This document shows, one piece after another, positions 39,286 through 51,404 of a stretch of 64,000 nucleotides of DNA (position 1 is the first letter of the stretch; the number at the start of each line of letters is the position of its first letter). This stretch comes from Okamejei kenojei. Taxonomy: Eukaryota. Under the pieces are notes generated by a model. The model saw only the letters and a program-made list of their open reading frames with translations, ran no database searches and had not been told where the DNA came from. The position numbers were made by a program, and so were the translations under genes. The DNA lies in contig CM069131.1 of assembly GCA_035221665.1 (NCBI GenBank), positions 133,424,001 to 133,488,000 of the forward strand. The letters are read 5' to 3'.

Positions 39286-42200
39286 AACCATATAACATAT
39301 AACATATAACAATTACAGCACGGAAACAGGCCCTCTCGGCCCTTCCAGTCTGTGCCGACCATTTGTTTTCCCCTAGTCCCATCTACCTGCACTCAGACCA
39401 TACCTCTCCATTCCCTTCACGTCCATATACCTATCCACTTTACTCTTAAATGTTAAAATTGATCCTGCCTCCACCACTTCTGCTGGAAGCTCATTCCACA
39501 CAGCCACCACCCTCTGAGTAAAGAAGTTCCCCCTCACGTTACCCCGAAACTTCTGTCCCTTAATTCTCATGTCATGCCCTACCCTCAATGGGAAAAACGT
39601 ATCCACGTCAACTCTGTCTATCCCTTTCATCATTTTAAAGACCTCAATCAAGTCCCCCCTTAATCTTCTGCGCTCCAAAGAATAAAGACCTAACTTGTTC
39701 AACCTTTCTCTGTAACATAGTTGCTGGAACCCTGGCAACATTCTAGTAAATCTCCTCTGTACTCTCTCTATTTTGTTGACATCCTTCCTATAACTAGGCG
39801 ACCAAAATTGTACACCATACTCCATAATTGGTCTTACCAATCCCTTGTACAATTTTAACATTACTTCCCTACTCCTATATTCAATGCTCTGATTTATAAA
39901 GGCCAGCACACCAAAGGCTTTCTTTACCACCCTATCTACATGCGATTCCACCTTCAGGGAACTATGCACAGTTATTCCTAGATCCCTCTATTCCACAGCA
40001 TTCCTCAATTCCTTACCATTTACCATGTACTTCCTATTTTGATTTGCCCTGCCAAGATGTAGCACTTCACACTTAACAGCATTAAACTCCATCTGCCATC
40101 TTTCAGCCCACTTTTCCAAATGGCCCAAATCTCTCTGTAGACTTTGAAAATCTACTTCATTATCCACAACAACACCTATCTTAGTATCATCTGCATACTT
40201 ACTTATCCAATTTTCCACCCCATCATCCAGATCATTGATGTACATGACAAACAACAGTGGACCCAACACAGATCCCTGAGGCACCCCACTGGTCACCGGC
40301 TTCCAACCTGACAAACAGCCATCCACCATTACTCTCTGACATCTCCCATTCAGCCACTGTTGAATCCATCTTGCTACTCCGCCATTAACACCCAAAGATT
40401 GAACCTTCTTAACCAACCTTCCATGGGGAACCTTGTCAAAGGCATTACTGTAATCCATATAGACAACATCCACTGCTTTACCCTCATCAATTTCCCTAGT
40501 TACCGCTTCAGAAAATTCAAGAAGGTTTGTCAAACATGACCTTCCAGGCACAAATCCATGTTGACTGTTCCTGATCAGACCCTGTTTATCCAGATGCTTA
40601 TATATATTATCTCTAAGTATCCTTTCCATTAATTTGCCCACCACTGACGTCAAACTAATAGGTCTATAATTGCTAGGTTTATTCTTTGAACCCTTTTTAA
40701 ACAATGGAACAACATGCGCAGTACGCCAATCCTCCGGCACTATTCCCGTTTCTAATGACATTTGAAATATTTCTGTCATAGCTCCTGCTATTTCTACATT
40801 AACTTCCCTCAATGTCCTAGGGAATATCCTGTCAGGACCTGGAGACTTATCCACTTTTATATTTTTCAAAAGTGTCAGTACTTCCTCCTCTTTGAATCTC
40901 ATAGTTTCCATAGCTACTCTACTTTTTCCCCTTAACTCACAGAGTTCAATATCCTTCTCCTTGGTGAATACCGAAGAAAAGAAATTGTTCAATATCTCCC
41001 CCATCTCTTTTGGCTCTGCAGATAGCTGTCCATTCTGGTTCTCTAATGGTCCAATTTTATCCCTCGTTATCCTTTTGCTATTAATATAGCTGTAGAAACC
41101 CTTTGGGTTTACTTTCACCTTTCTTGCCAAAGCAACCTCATATCTTCTTTTAGCCTTCCTAATTTCTTTCTTAAAATTCGTTTTACATTCTTTATACTCC
41201 TCGAGCACCTCATTTACTCCATGCCTCCTATAATTATTGTAGATATCTCTCTTTTTTCGAAACAAGTGTCCAATTTCCCTTGAAAACCATGGCTCTTTCC
41301 AATTTTTACTATTTCCTTTCAACGTAACAGGGACATAAAGATTCTGTACTCTTACAATTTCCCCTTTAAATGTCCTCCATTTCTCTTCTACATCCTTCCC
41401 ATGAAACAAAGTGTCCCAATTCACTCCTTTAAAATCCTTACGCATTCCCTCAAAGTTAGCCTTTCTCCAATCAAAAATCTCCACCCTAGGTCCAGTTCTG
41501 ACTCTCTCCATAATTATATTGAAACTAATGGTATTGTGATCACTGGTCCCGAAGTGCTCACCAACGCATACCTCCGTCACCTGACCTGCCTCATTTCCTA
41601 ACAGGAGGTCCAGCACTGCCCCTTCTCTGGTCGATACCTCTATGTACTGCTGCAAAAAACTATCCTGCACACATTTAACAAACTCCAAACCATCCAGCCC
41701 ATTTACAGAATGTGTTTCCCAGTCTATTTTTGGAAAATTGAAATCTCCCACAATCACTACCTTGTGCTTACTACTAATATCTGCTATCTCCTTACATATT
41801 TTGCTCTTCCAATTCTCGCTCCCCATTTGGCGGTCTATATACACCCCTAAAAGTGTTGCTACACCGTTCCCACTTCTCAGTTCCACCCAAATAACCTCCC
41901 TAGACGAGCCCTCTAATCTATCCTGCCAAAGCACTGCTGTAATATCTTCTCTGACAAGCAATGCAACACCTCTCCCTCTGGACCCTCCAATTCTATCACA
42001 CCTGAAGCAACGAAATCCTGGAATATTTAGTTTCCAATCACAGCCCTCCTGCAACCATGTTTCACTGATTGCCACAACATCATATTTCCAGGTGTCAATC
42101 CAGGCTCTAAGTTCATCCACCTTACTTACAATGCTCCTAGCATTAAAATATACACATTTTAGAAACCCACCATCCCTTATTCTCTGTCTATTATCTTTTT

Positions 42201-43200
42201 CATCTTTCTCGCCTACATTTTGGATCCGAGTGCTTCCCTTCTCTGCCTCTTGCCCCACACCCTGACCCCTAGCCCCCTCTACCCGAGTCCCTCCCCCCAG
42301 CCTTTCTAGTTTAAAGTCTCCCCAGTAGCCTTTGCAAATCTCCCTGCCAGGATATTGGTCCCCTTCGGGTTCAAGTGCAACCCGTCCTTTGTGTACAGAT
42401 CATGCCTTCCCCAAAAGAGGTCCCAGTGATCAAGAAACTTGAATCCCTGCCCACTGCACCAGTCCCTCAGCCACGCATTTATCCTCCACCACATTTCATT
42501 CCTACTATCACTGTCACGCGGCACAGGCAGTAATCCTGAAATCGTTACCCTTTTGGTCCTTCTCCTTAACTTTCCCCCCAACTCCCTAAATTCTCCCTTC
42601 AGGACCTCGTCACTTTTTCTGCCTATGTCATTGGTACCTATGTGTACCACAACATCAGGCTCCTCTCCCTCCCTTATCAGAATCTTTTGGACACGTTCTG
42701 ACACATGCGAGACCCTGGCACCAGGGAGGCAAACTACCATCCGGGTCTCCCGACTGCGTCTACAGAATCGCCTATCCGACCCCCTAACTATAGAGTCCCC
42801 TATTACAATTGCCCTCCTCTTTTTGCTACCCTTCTGAGCATCAGGGCCGGTCTCTGTGCCGGAGGCCCGGCCGCTGTTGGTGCCCCCAGCTAGGCTGTCC
42901 CCTCCAATCGTACTCAAACCCGAGTACCTATTTTCCAGGTGTACGGTCACAGGGGTACTCTCTAGCCCCTGCCTCTGCCCCTTGCCCTTCCTAACCGTGA
43001 CCCACTTGTCTGCCTCCTGTGGTCTGGGAGTGACTACCTCCCTGTAGCTCCTCTCTATTACCTCCTCACTCTTCCTGACCAGACGGAGGTCATCGAGCTG
43101 CTGCTCCAGGTTCATAACACAGTCCTTTAGGAGCCCCATCTCGATACACCTGGCGCAGATGTGGACGTCCAAGTGGGACAGCCGCTGAACTCTCATGGAG
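39286..43200 (-). mobile_element. Young CR1 LINE (copy 2, same subfamily), in an ITGA2 intron
   Basis: ORF1 42306-43196 (HICARC, coiled coil, esterase); ORF2 42258-39373 with one in-frame stop at 39988; same 3' tail; near-identical to copy 1. Confidence 0.95.
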
Positions 43201-44314
43201 CTCTCTCTTTATAATTGATGGCAAATATATCTGATGTTCAGACTCTAACTTTCATTATTTTTGCCCCTATTTCACCTTCTCATTGCCTGTTTAAGGGATC
43301 TCATTTTAGCAGAAGCTTTGAATATCTTCCATTTTTGGTTGGCATCTGTTTTTTTCCTTCACGGAGCACCTTCATATATTACAAGTTAGACAAAAATGCT
43401 GGAGAAACTCAGCGGGTGAGTCGGCATCGATGGAGAGAAAGAATAGATGACATTTTGGGTCAAGACGCTTCTTACAAGGTACCTCAAGATGTCCTTGGAT
43501 AATGAACAGGTTCTATTTTAACCAATATTCATATGTTAATTTTGTCCGTAAATTGCAAGATACACATTGATAAAAAATACATCTATTCTTGCTCCTGAAC
43601 ACATCATCAGTGATATAACTTTGGGTCATTGGGTGTATCGGATCTTTCAACATCAGACACCCTCACCCAGGCGACACAGCCGTGGTTGATTAGACCATGA
43701 TTTGTGTTCAGGTGGCATTTGCTCCGCATTGACCTCCTCTTCTGATCCAGAGCCATCCCGAGGCCTTCTCCGCTGCCTCTGTGGTGTTCTTGATGGCTCT
43801 TCTCCTCTCCATTCCATTGATGCCCAATGCACTCAAGGCTTCGTAGAGTGATTGCCCTGCAAAACCTCTGCAGCCAACCTCGATGGGTGCACACCTTGCC
43901 TTCCAGCCCTGCTTAGGGCAGTCTATGACCAGCTCTTCATACTATGTGTGACCCGAATGCTAACCATGCCTCCACAGTATTGTAATGATTGACAACAAAA
44001 GCATATAAGACTGATAATAAAGAACATTTACTAAATGTGGAGGGAGATAGGGGGGGGGAGAGGGAGAAGGAGAGGGAGAGGGGAAACTAGTTCTGCCATT
44101 TGTAGGAATTAATGTATTTTCATACATTGGAATTTAATTTGTATGTAGGGGCGACTAAAGTGAAGATAAATTAAAGTATTTGAAAGGTCACTTGACTGTC
44201 CCTGTTTAACAGGCAGGTACATTCCGCCTCTAATGGAAAGGGAGGAGTTTGTAGAAACTTGATGTGAAACGGGCATTCAATGTGCAATAGACTGCAAGAA
44301 ACAATAAAACTTAC

Positions 44315-44417
44315 TTTGAGTGCAATACTATATTCTGGACCAATATCCTTAAAGTCATTGATTATTTCTGGAATGACTTTTTCAGGATTGATTTCATAGA
44401 AATTTATGTTGGTGGCT
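44315..44417 (-). CDS. ITGA2: Integrin alpha-2 exon (24 equivalent; calf-2)
   Basis: 103 nt: ATNINFYEINPEKVIPEIINDFKDIGPEYSIALK (human STNINFYEI...DVGPKF). Confidence 0.95.
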
Positions 44418-44475
44418 CTGTAAAATCAAAAACAATTAACATTGGCATGTGCAGTCATGCTACAAAATATCATGA

Positions 44476-45742
44476 AGTCAGAGAGAGATACAGCAGGAAA
44501 ACTGACCCTTCAGCCCACCAAGTCCGTCTTGACAGTAATTCTACATTAATCCCATTTTTCTATTCGCCCCATTTTCCGATCAACTGATACATTTTTAGGA
44601 TGTGGGAAAGCAGGAAACTCAGGGGAAATTTATGCATTCCAGGAGAACATGCAAACTCCGCACAGACAGCACTGAAGATCAAGATTGAAGCTGGATCTTG
44701 GGAAATGTACGCAACCGCTCTACTAGCTGTGCAATTGTGCCAGCCACATTCATTCATCACTTTTTGAATAATATTTTAAAGAAACAGAGAAACATATTAA
44801 ATGAGAAAGGGTGAGCTATTCAACCCTTAAAGTCGACTTTTCCTTGTAAATATGTAATGTTGTGCTGTTTAAGTTATATTAGGTCATTTATTAGCATATA
44901 GACCCCATGGGATTTCAACATTCAAACACAAATAGCTTAAATTGTCCATCTCGGTTTTGCCGCAGCAGATAATGGATGTGCAGACAACCATCATGAGATG
45001 TGTATTAGCAACTGTTGTGCAGTTTTAGTTTTTTGTTTAGAGATACAACATGTAAACAGGCCCTTTGGCCCACCGAGTCCACGTTGACCATTAATTAATT
45101 GTTCATACTATTTTTATGTTATCCCACCGTCGCATCCACTCACGACTCACTCAAGGGTAATTTACAGAGGCCAATTACTCTACAAATCTGTATATTTGTG
45201 GGATACGGGAGGAATCCAGGAGAACGCCTGGAGGAAACCCACATGGAGAATGTGCAAACACCACACAGACACCACCCAAGGTCAGGATCGAACCCAGGAC
45301 TCTGGCCCTGTGAGGCAGCAGCTCCACTAGCTGAGTCACTGTACTGTCTGGGTGGCACTTCTGATGGACCTCCCCATGATTGTCTGCCCTGCTGTCTGTG
45401 TGTTGGTTGCCTTTGTTTGAACTGTGGAATACTCATTTCTCACAGTTTTCAGGCTCATTGAAAGTTATGGACAAAATGGTCTGCTGGTAGAAGGTGAGCT
45501 GACTTTCTTATTTGATTGAATTCAGTCAGTTTACAATTTTAAAAATATTTTTGTGCGAGAAACTTTATTTTAATGGTTGTGAGTTCAAATAGATTATCAC
45601 CCTTAGTGCATTACTGTTAGTGGAGATGCAACAAACAGTAGATGTTTGTGCAAACCCCACACAGACAGCACCCATAGTCAGGATCAAACCCAGGTCTCTG
45701 GTGCTGTGAGGCAGCATCACTACCGCTGCATCACTGTGCTGC
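44476..45742 (-). mobile_element. Cluster of three V-SINE copies (about 44476-44745, 45022-45347, 45645-45742)
   Basis: Antisense tRNA-head and V-domain similarity. Confidence 0.7.
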
Positions 45743-46414
45743 AGTAAATAAAATTACCTACTTCACATAGGCTGTGGAAAGGTTGACAGAGACGGTGGAA
45801 CAATAAAATAGGTTGTTTCCCATTACATATAGATAATTTTGATGAATATTTGGTGTATGGAAGATAAGCTGTTAATTTAGATGTTCTGTTAAAAGGCGGA
45901 TGGTGATTATTTAACTAACTGAGCAGAATGTTAGAAGAGAATAACGTAATGAATAATATAGGTGTTTCTACTATAACACATAATATAAATCGGAAATAAC
46001 GTGAGTGATGAATCAGGGTACACTATCTGCATCACGTGAACCAGTTTGGTTATAACGTAATTTTAATTGAGGGCTAGCGAACCACTGAAAAGTTACTTTG
46101 GAAAATGACATACAAGAAAAAAGTAGTTTTGGGGAAAAAAAAAAATCCATGTAACCTCCCCATAGCTATCAGACATTATTTTCTGTTACTTTAAGCCTGG
46201 GTGGCTGTGATAATTGACAAGCACTTGCTTCCATTGATACTTGAACAATAGTCCTCTGGTAAACAATGTAACATTTAGCTGTTAATATTTTTAGCCTACA
46301 GTAATGACAACAAAGTCATTGCTGTTGAAAATATCTTCATTTTTGAAAGTCCTTGGGAAAACTAATTTTATTAGTGCAAGTCGGAAACTCTCAATCCCCA
46401 AATCCCATCCATAC

Positions 46415-46504
46415 CTTGAGAAGAGAATTTCAGCATCATACTGTACGGTGAAATCAACACTTTCTTTATTGTTGAAATCGGTTTCTGGACGCTCAATACT
46501 ATCA
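46415..46504 (-). CDS. ITGA2: Integrin alpha-2 exon (23 equivalent)
   Basis: 90 nt: DSIERPETDFNNKESVDFTVQYDAEILFS(R); YDAEI is conserved with human ITGA2. Confidence 0.92.
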
Positions 46505-46603
46505 CTATAAAATAAAGTAGCTGTGTTATTAAAAATAGAAACATAGAAGAAAAAATATTTTTAAAAATTGTGAATGATTTGTATTATAATTTAAAATATA
46601 TAC

Positions 46604-46680
46604 CTTACAGCGTGGAATGTCACATATGTATCTCTCCTTGGTTCTTCAAAGTTAAAGTCAAAATTGACATCAAAATTGAC
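46604..46680 (-). CDS. ITGA2: Integrin alpha-2 exon (22 equivalent)
   Basis: 77 nt: VNFDVNFDFNFEEPRRDTYVTFHAV(S). Confidence 0.9.
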
Positions 46681-46829
46681 CTATCAACAGAAGAAAAGTG
46701 AGGCAATATATTTAATTAGAGCTTTTCTTTGGCATGTTTAATCACAGGAAAATGCAACAATGATACACATTTTGACTAAACAATTACAGTAACCAAGGAT
46801 TATGCATGAGGATATTTCATGAATTGTGA

Positions 46830-47980
46830 GAGGTTTGATGACCTTTCATCAAGGCAGGGTATTCACAGTGAATGGTGGGGTCTCGGGGAGAGTTGCAGAA
46901 CAGAGGGATTTAGCAGAGCAGGTATGTTGTTCCCTGAAAGCAGAGGTAATGTTAGGCAGAGGGGTGATGAAGGCTTTTGGTACACTGGCCTTCATCAGTC
47001 AGGATAATCTCCCGACGCTCAGTCTGAAGAAGGGCCTTGACCTGAAACATTTTATATTCCTTTTCTTCAGAGATGCTCTCTGACCTGTTGAGTTGCTCCA
47101 GCTTTTTGTGCCTATCCACAGAGTATGGAAGTTGGGCCATTATGTTGCAGTTGTACAGAGTATTTTGTTCAATTTTGGTCACCCTGTCGGGTGTGGAGCA
47201 AATTTATAAGGATGTTTCCAGAATTGGAAGGCCTAAGCTACAGAGAAGGTTTGGTTAGACTGTGACTTTATCTCTTAGAGCACAGAAAACTGATGGATGA
47301 CCTTATAGAGGTGTATAAAACAATGATGGGAATAAATAGGGTGAACAAATAAGAGTATTTTATCCATAGTAGGGGAATCAAAAACTAGAGAACATAGGTT
47401 TAAGACAATATTTGGGGCAATATTTAATAAAAAATGTGATCGGAACTCTTTCACTCAGAGTGTGGTGAGTATATGAAACAAACTGCTAGAGGAAGTAGTT
47501 GAAGCAGATATGATAACAGCATTTAAAGACACTTGGACAGATACATGAATAGGAAAGCTTTTGTGGAATATGGGCTAAATGCAAGTTAATGAAAATATCT
47601 TAGATGGGGCATCTTGGTCAGCAGAGAAGAGTTGGACTGAAGGGCATGTGTCATGTTTGTAAGACTATTACCACAAAGGTTTACATATTAATAAGAGTAA
47701 GGGGTAGGCCATTTAGAACTGAGATAAGGAAAAAAAAAAAACACCCAGAGAGTTGTGAATTTGTGGAATTCTCTGCCTCAGAAGGCAGCGGAGGCCGATT
47801 CACTCGATGCATTCAAAAAGGAGTTAGACGAACTCTTAGTGATAGCGGAATCAAGGGATATGGGAAGAAGGCAGGAACAGGGTACTGATTGTCGATGATC
47901 AGCTGTGATTACATTAAATTGTGCTGCTGGCTTGAAAGACAGAATGGCCTGCACTTATTTTCTATGTACAGTATCTATGT
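46830..47980 (+). mobile_element. Degenerate CR1 fragments
   Basis: EQRDL and KAFGTLAFISQ motifs plus CR1 3' UTR similarity. Confidence 0.7.
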
Positions 47981-48192
47981 ATCCACAGTATGATTCTGAA
48001 TTCTAAATTTTATTGTTTGGTTAAAAAATTTTCAACCTGACCCTGAAGCATTATTTCTCCAGGATATCTGATGGCTGGCATCTAGTTGGTTGGTTGTATT
48101 TAATTCAATCAATATGCTCAAAAATAATTAATTATTTTTAATTTCATTTGTGCAGTACTAAAGAATTTACAAACAACCTTAAAATATATCAC

Positions 48193-48282
48193 CTTATGTC
48201 CTCCTCGCAATAACGGGTGCCCAATGTCACAAGATATTGATTGTGGGTCTACAATTAAACATGGAACTTGAACATTATCAAC
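48193..48282 (-). CDS. ITGA2: Integrin alpha-2 exon (21 equivalent)
   Basis: 90 nt: VDNVQVPCLIVDPQSISCDIGHPLLRGGHK (C..C.GxP motif). Confidence 0.92.
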
Positions 48283-48596
48283 CTGTCAAAATAAAAGAGT
48301 TAAATACACATCACAAATAATAAATTTAAGCATTTGCCTTTCAAAATAGTTGTCTAATACTGTCTATATCTATAACTATTTTAAATAGCCAGACACCTTA
48401 CTTCTAATTAGATGACATAATTTTGCAAGGAAAGTATTTCACTAGTAATAGTGGAGCAAAGTTGGAAAAGAATAGCCGGCAGTTCAGCATAGAACTCTGT
48501 CATTCCTCCTCTGAATAGTCTTCTGGCACACAACAAACTTCTTCAGATAGCCAAACATGGCAAAAGATCAGAAAGTTTGACCATATAGTTTAGCTT

Positions 48597-49305
48597 ACAT
48601 AGAAAATAGGTGCAGGAGTAGGCCATTCGGCCCTTCGAGCCTGCACCCCCATTCAATATGATCATGGCTGATCATCCAACTCAGTATCCTGTACCTGCCT
48701 TCTCTCCATACCCCCTGATCCCTTTAGCCACAAGGGCCACATCTAACTCCCTCTTAAATATAGCCAATGAACTGGCCTCAACTACCTTCTGTGGCAGAGA
48801 ATTCCACAGACTCACCACTCTCTGTGTGAAAAATGATCTTCTCATCTCGGTCCTAAAAGACTTCCCCCTTATCTTTAAACTGTGACCCCTTGTTCTGGAC
48901 TTCCCCAACATCGGGAACAATCTTCCTGCATCTAGCCTGTCCAACCCCTTAAGAATTTTGTAAGTTTCTATAAGATCCCCCCTCAATCTTCTAAATTCTA
49001 GCGAGTACAAGCCGAGTCTATCCAGTCTTTCTTCATATGAAAGTCCTGACATTCCAAGAATCAGTCTGGTGAACCTTCTCTGTACTCTCTCGATGGCAAG
49101 AATGTCCTTCCTCAGATTAGGTGACCAAAACTGTACGCAATACTCCAGGTGTGGTCTCACCAAGACTCTGTACAACTGCAGTAGAACCTCCCTGTTCCTA
49201 TACACAAATCTTTTTGCTATGAATGCTAACATACCATTCGCTTTCTTCACTGCCTGCTGCACCTGCATACCTACTTTCAATGACTGGTGTACCATGACAC
49301 CCAGG
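48597..49305 (-). mobile_element. CR1 3' fragment (second subfamily)
   Basis: 204-aa ORF ending GIRGYGEKAGTGY; near-identical to 37910-38520 and 50588-51225. Confidence 0.9.
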
Positions 49306-49736
49306 TGTCATGGGAGTCCAGCCGTTATGGGAGTCCAGCTTATGGGAGTCCAGCATTTAAAATTAATGTCTTGACAGAGAAATCAATACATTTTCACAAG
49401 TGCACAATTGCACAGTTAAAGCATGTGGAAGGCACTGTTGATATTTAGTGGTTGGAGATAACATTGCAGGAGGCACACGAAAGAAAGGTAGCCCCAACTT
49501 AGAGGTTAAATGCACGACTTCTATGCAAGTGCAGATCTAAGCATGAATGGGAAGGTGGGTGGGGATTTCCTCATTGGTGATGACCATTATGGGACAGTCA
49601 TGCGGAAGTAATTTTAATTGTAACAGAATTGCCAGGCTCCTTTTCTCTCAGGTGACGCATTAAGTGAAACAGACAATCATTTACCCTAGTAATTTAATTG
49701 CAGACATAAAGTATGTAAATAAAATGGTCTACTCAC

Positions 49737-49866
49737 TGATGAAAAAAAGATGTTTTTAGAAAAATGTATGTTGACTTTAGCATTAAACGCATTTTCCTTC
49801 TTGTTCTTTGCCTCTACATTAATTGTTATCCGTTTGTTCTTGCTGCTAACTATGTATGGTGTTGTT
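49737..49866 (-). CDS. ITGA2: Integrin alpha-2 exon (20 equivalent; calf-1)
   Basis: 130 nt: TTPYIVSSKNKRITINVEAKNKKENAFNAKVNIHFSKNIFFSS; donor GTGAGT. The exact 3' boundary is slightly uncertain (see findings). Confidence 0.88.
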
Positions 49867-50587
49867 CTATTGGTATTAAAAAAAATATTAATTTTAGTAT
49901 ACATTTAGGAAAGTCCAATGCAAAATATACATTTTATTCAAATAAACACAAATTTCTACTATTATTATTCAAAGCAGTGTTAATTAATTTATCATTGTCC
50001 ATCACAGATACACCAACAAATACATCTCAACAAAGCCTACAATTCACAGCCATATATTTAAAGGAAATATTCTTTCATTGTCTTGTTGATATCCTGTTTG
50101 ATATGCCTTGGTCCTGTCCTTTCTCCGGCACTGGTTTTCAAAGGGAAGGGTGATTAAAAGCTATAATTGAGTAACAATAAATTTGCTTGAACTTCCGGTT
50201 CAAATGTGAATAGGTTAATTGGCCTCTGCCAATTACCCCTAGTGTATCGGGAGTGGATGCAAAAGTGGGAGAATATAGAACTGGTGTGAACTGGTGATCA
50301 ATGGTTAACATGGAATCGGTAGGACGAAGAGTTTGTTTCTATGCTGCATCTTTCAACCTAAAATATGTTCGGCCAGAAACATGGAGAAATAACAGTTTGC
50401 TCTGATTCTCAATGGCACCTACTTTTGATTTGTGTTTGGGATGTGGATAATACTAACGTGGAAGAATGCATTGTTCATCCATTACCATGGCAGGACTATT
50501 TCGAAGTTGCATGGTATGGATTTGAACATATTCTCAATGTATATTTCCCCTCAATTTGATCGACACGTCTTGGGGATAGTCCGCATT

Positions 50588-51225
50588 ACATAGAAACATA
50601 GAAACATAGAAATTAGGTGCAGGAGTAGGCCATTCAGCCCTTCGAGCCTGCACCGCCATTCAATATGATCATGGCTGATCATCCAACTCAGTATCCCGTA
50701 CCTGCCTTCTCTCCATACCCTCTGATCCCCTTAGCCACAAGGGCCACATCCAACTCACTCTTAAATATAGCCAATGAACTGGCCTCAACTACCCTCTGTG
50801 GCAGAGAGTTCCAGAGACTCACCACTCTCTGTGTGAAAAAAGTCTTTCTCATCTCGGTCTTAAAGGATTTCCCCCTTATCCTTAAGCTGTGACCCCTTGT
50901 CCTGGACTTCCCGAACATCGGGAACAATCTTCCTGCATCTAGCCTGTCCAACCCCTTAAGAATTTTGTAAGTTTCTATAAGATCCCCTCTCAATCTCCTA
51001 AATTCCAGAGAGTATAAACCGAGTCTATCCAGTCTTTCTTCATAAGACAGTCCTGACATCCCAGGAATCAGTCTGGTGAACCTTCTCTGCACTCCCTCTA
51101 TGGCAATAATGTCCTTCCTCAGATTTGGAGACCAAAACTGTACGCAATACTCCAGGTGTGGTCTCACCAAGACCCTGTACAACTGAAGTAGAACCTCCCT
51201 GCTCCTGTACTCAAATCCTTTTGCA
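50588..51225 (-). mobile_element. CR1 3' fragment (second subfamily)
   Basis: KGFEYRSREV...GEKAGTGY; (TTTCTATG)n tail. Confidence 0.9.
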
Positions 51226-51404
51226 GTAGGAAGATGCATGTCTTCACATTTCTGAAGGTATATAAAATTCCAGGTATATAAATCATCATATATCCAGGAA
51301 CACTGTGGGAAGGTAGAGGATAAATTCACAGGAGCCCTGGTTGAGATATATACATCATCATTCGCCACAGGTGACCGGAGGGGAGCTAATGTTGTGCCTT
51401 TATT

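Noticed and set aside
50365-50559. 64-aa ORF as a nested gene
   Set aside because: Overlaps what appears to be an old DeuSINE-like remnant (CCATGGC…CTATTTCGAAG); no exon signals.
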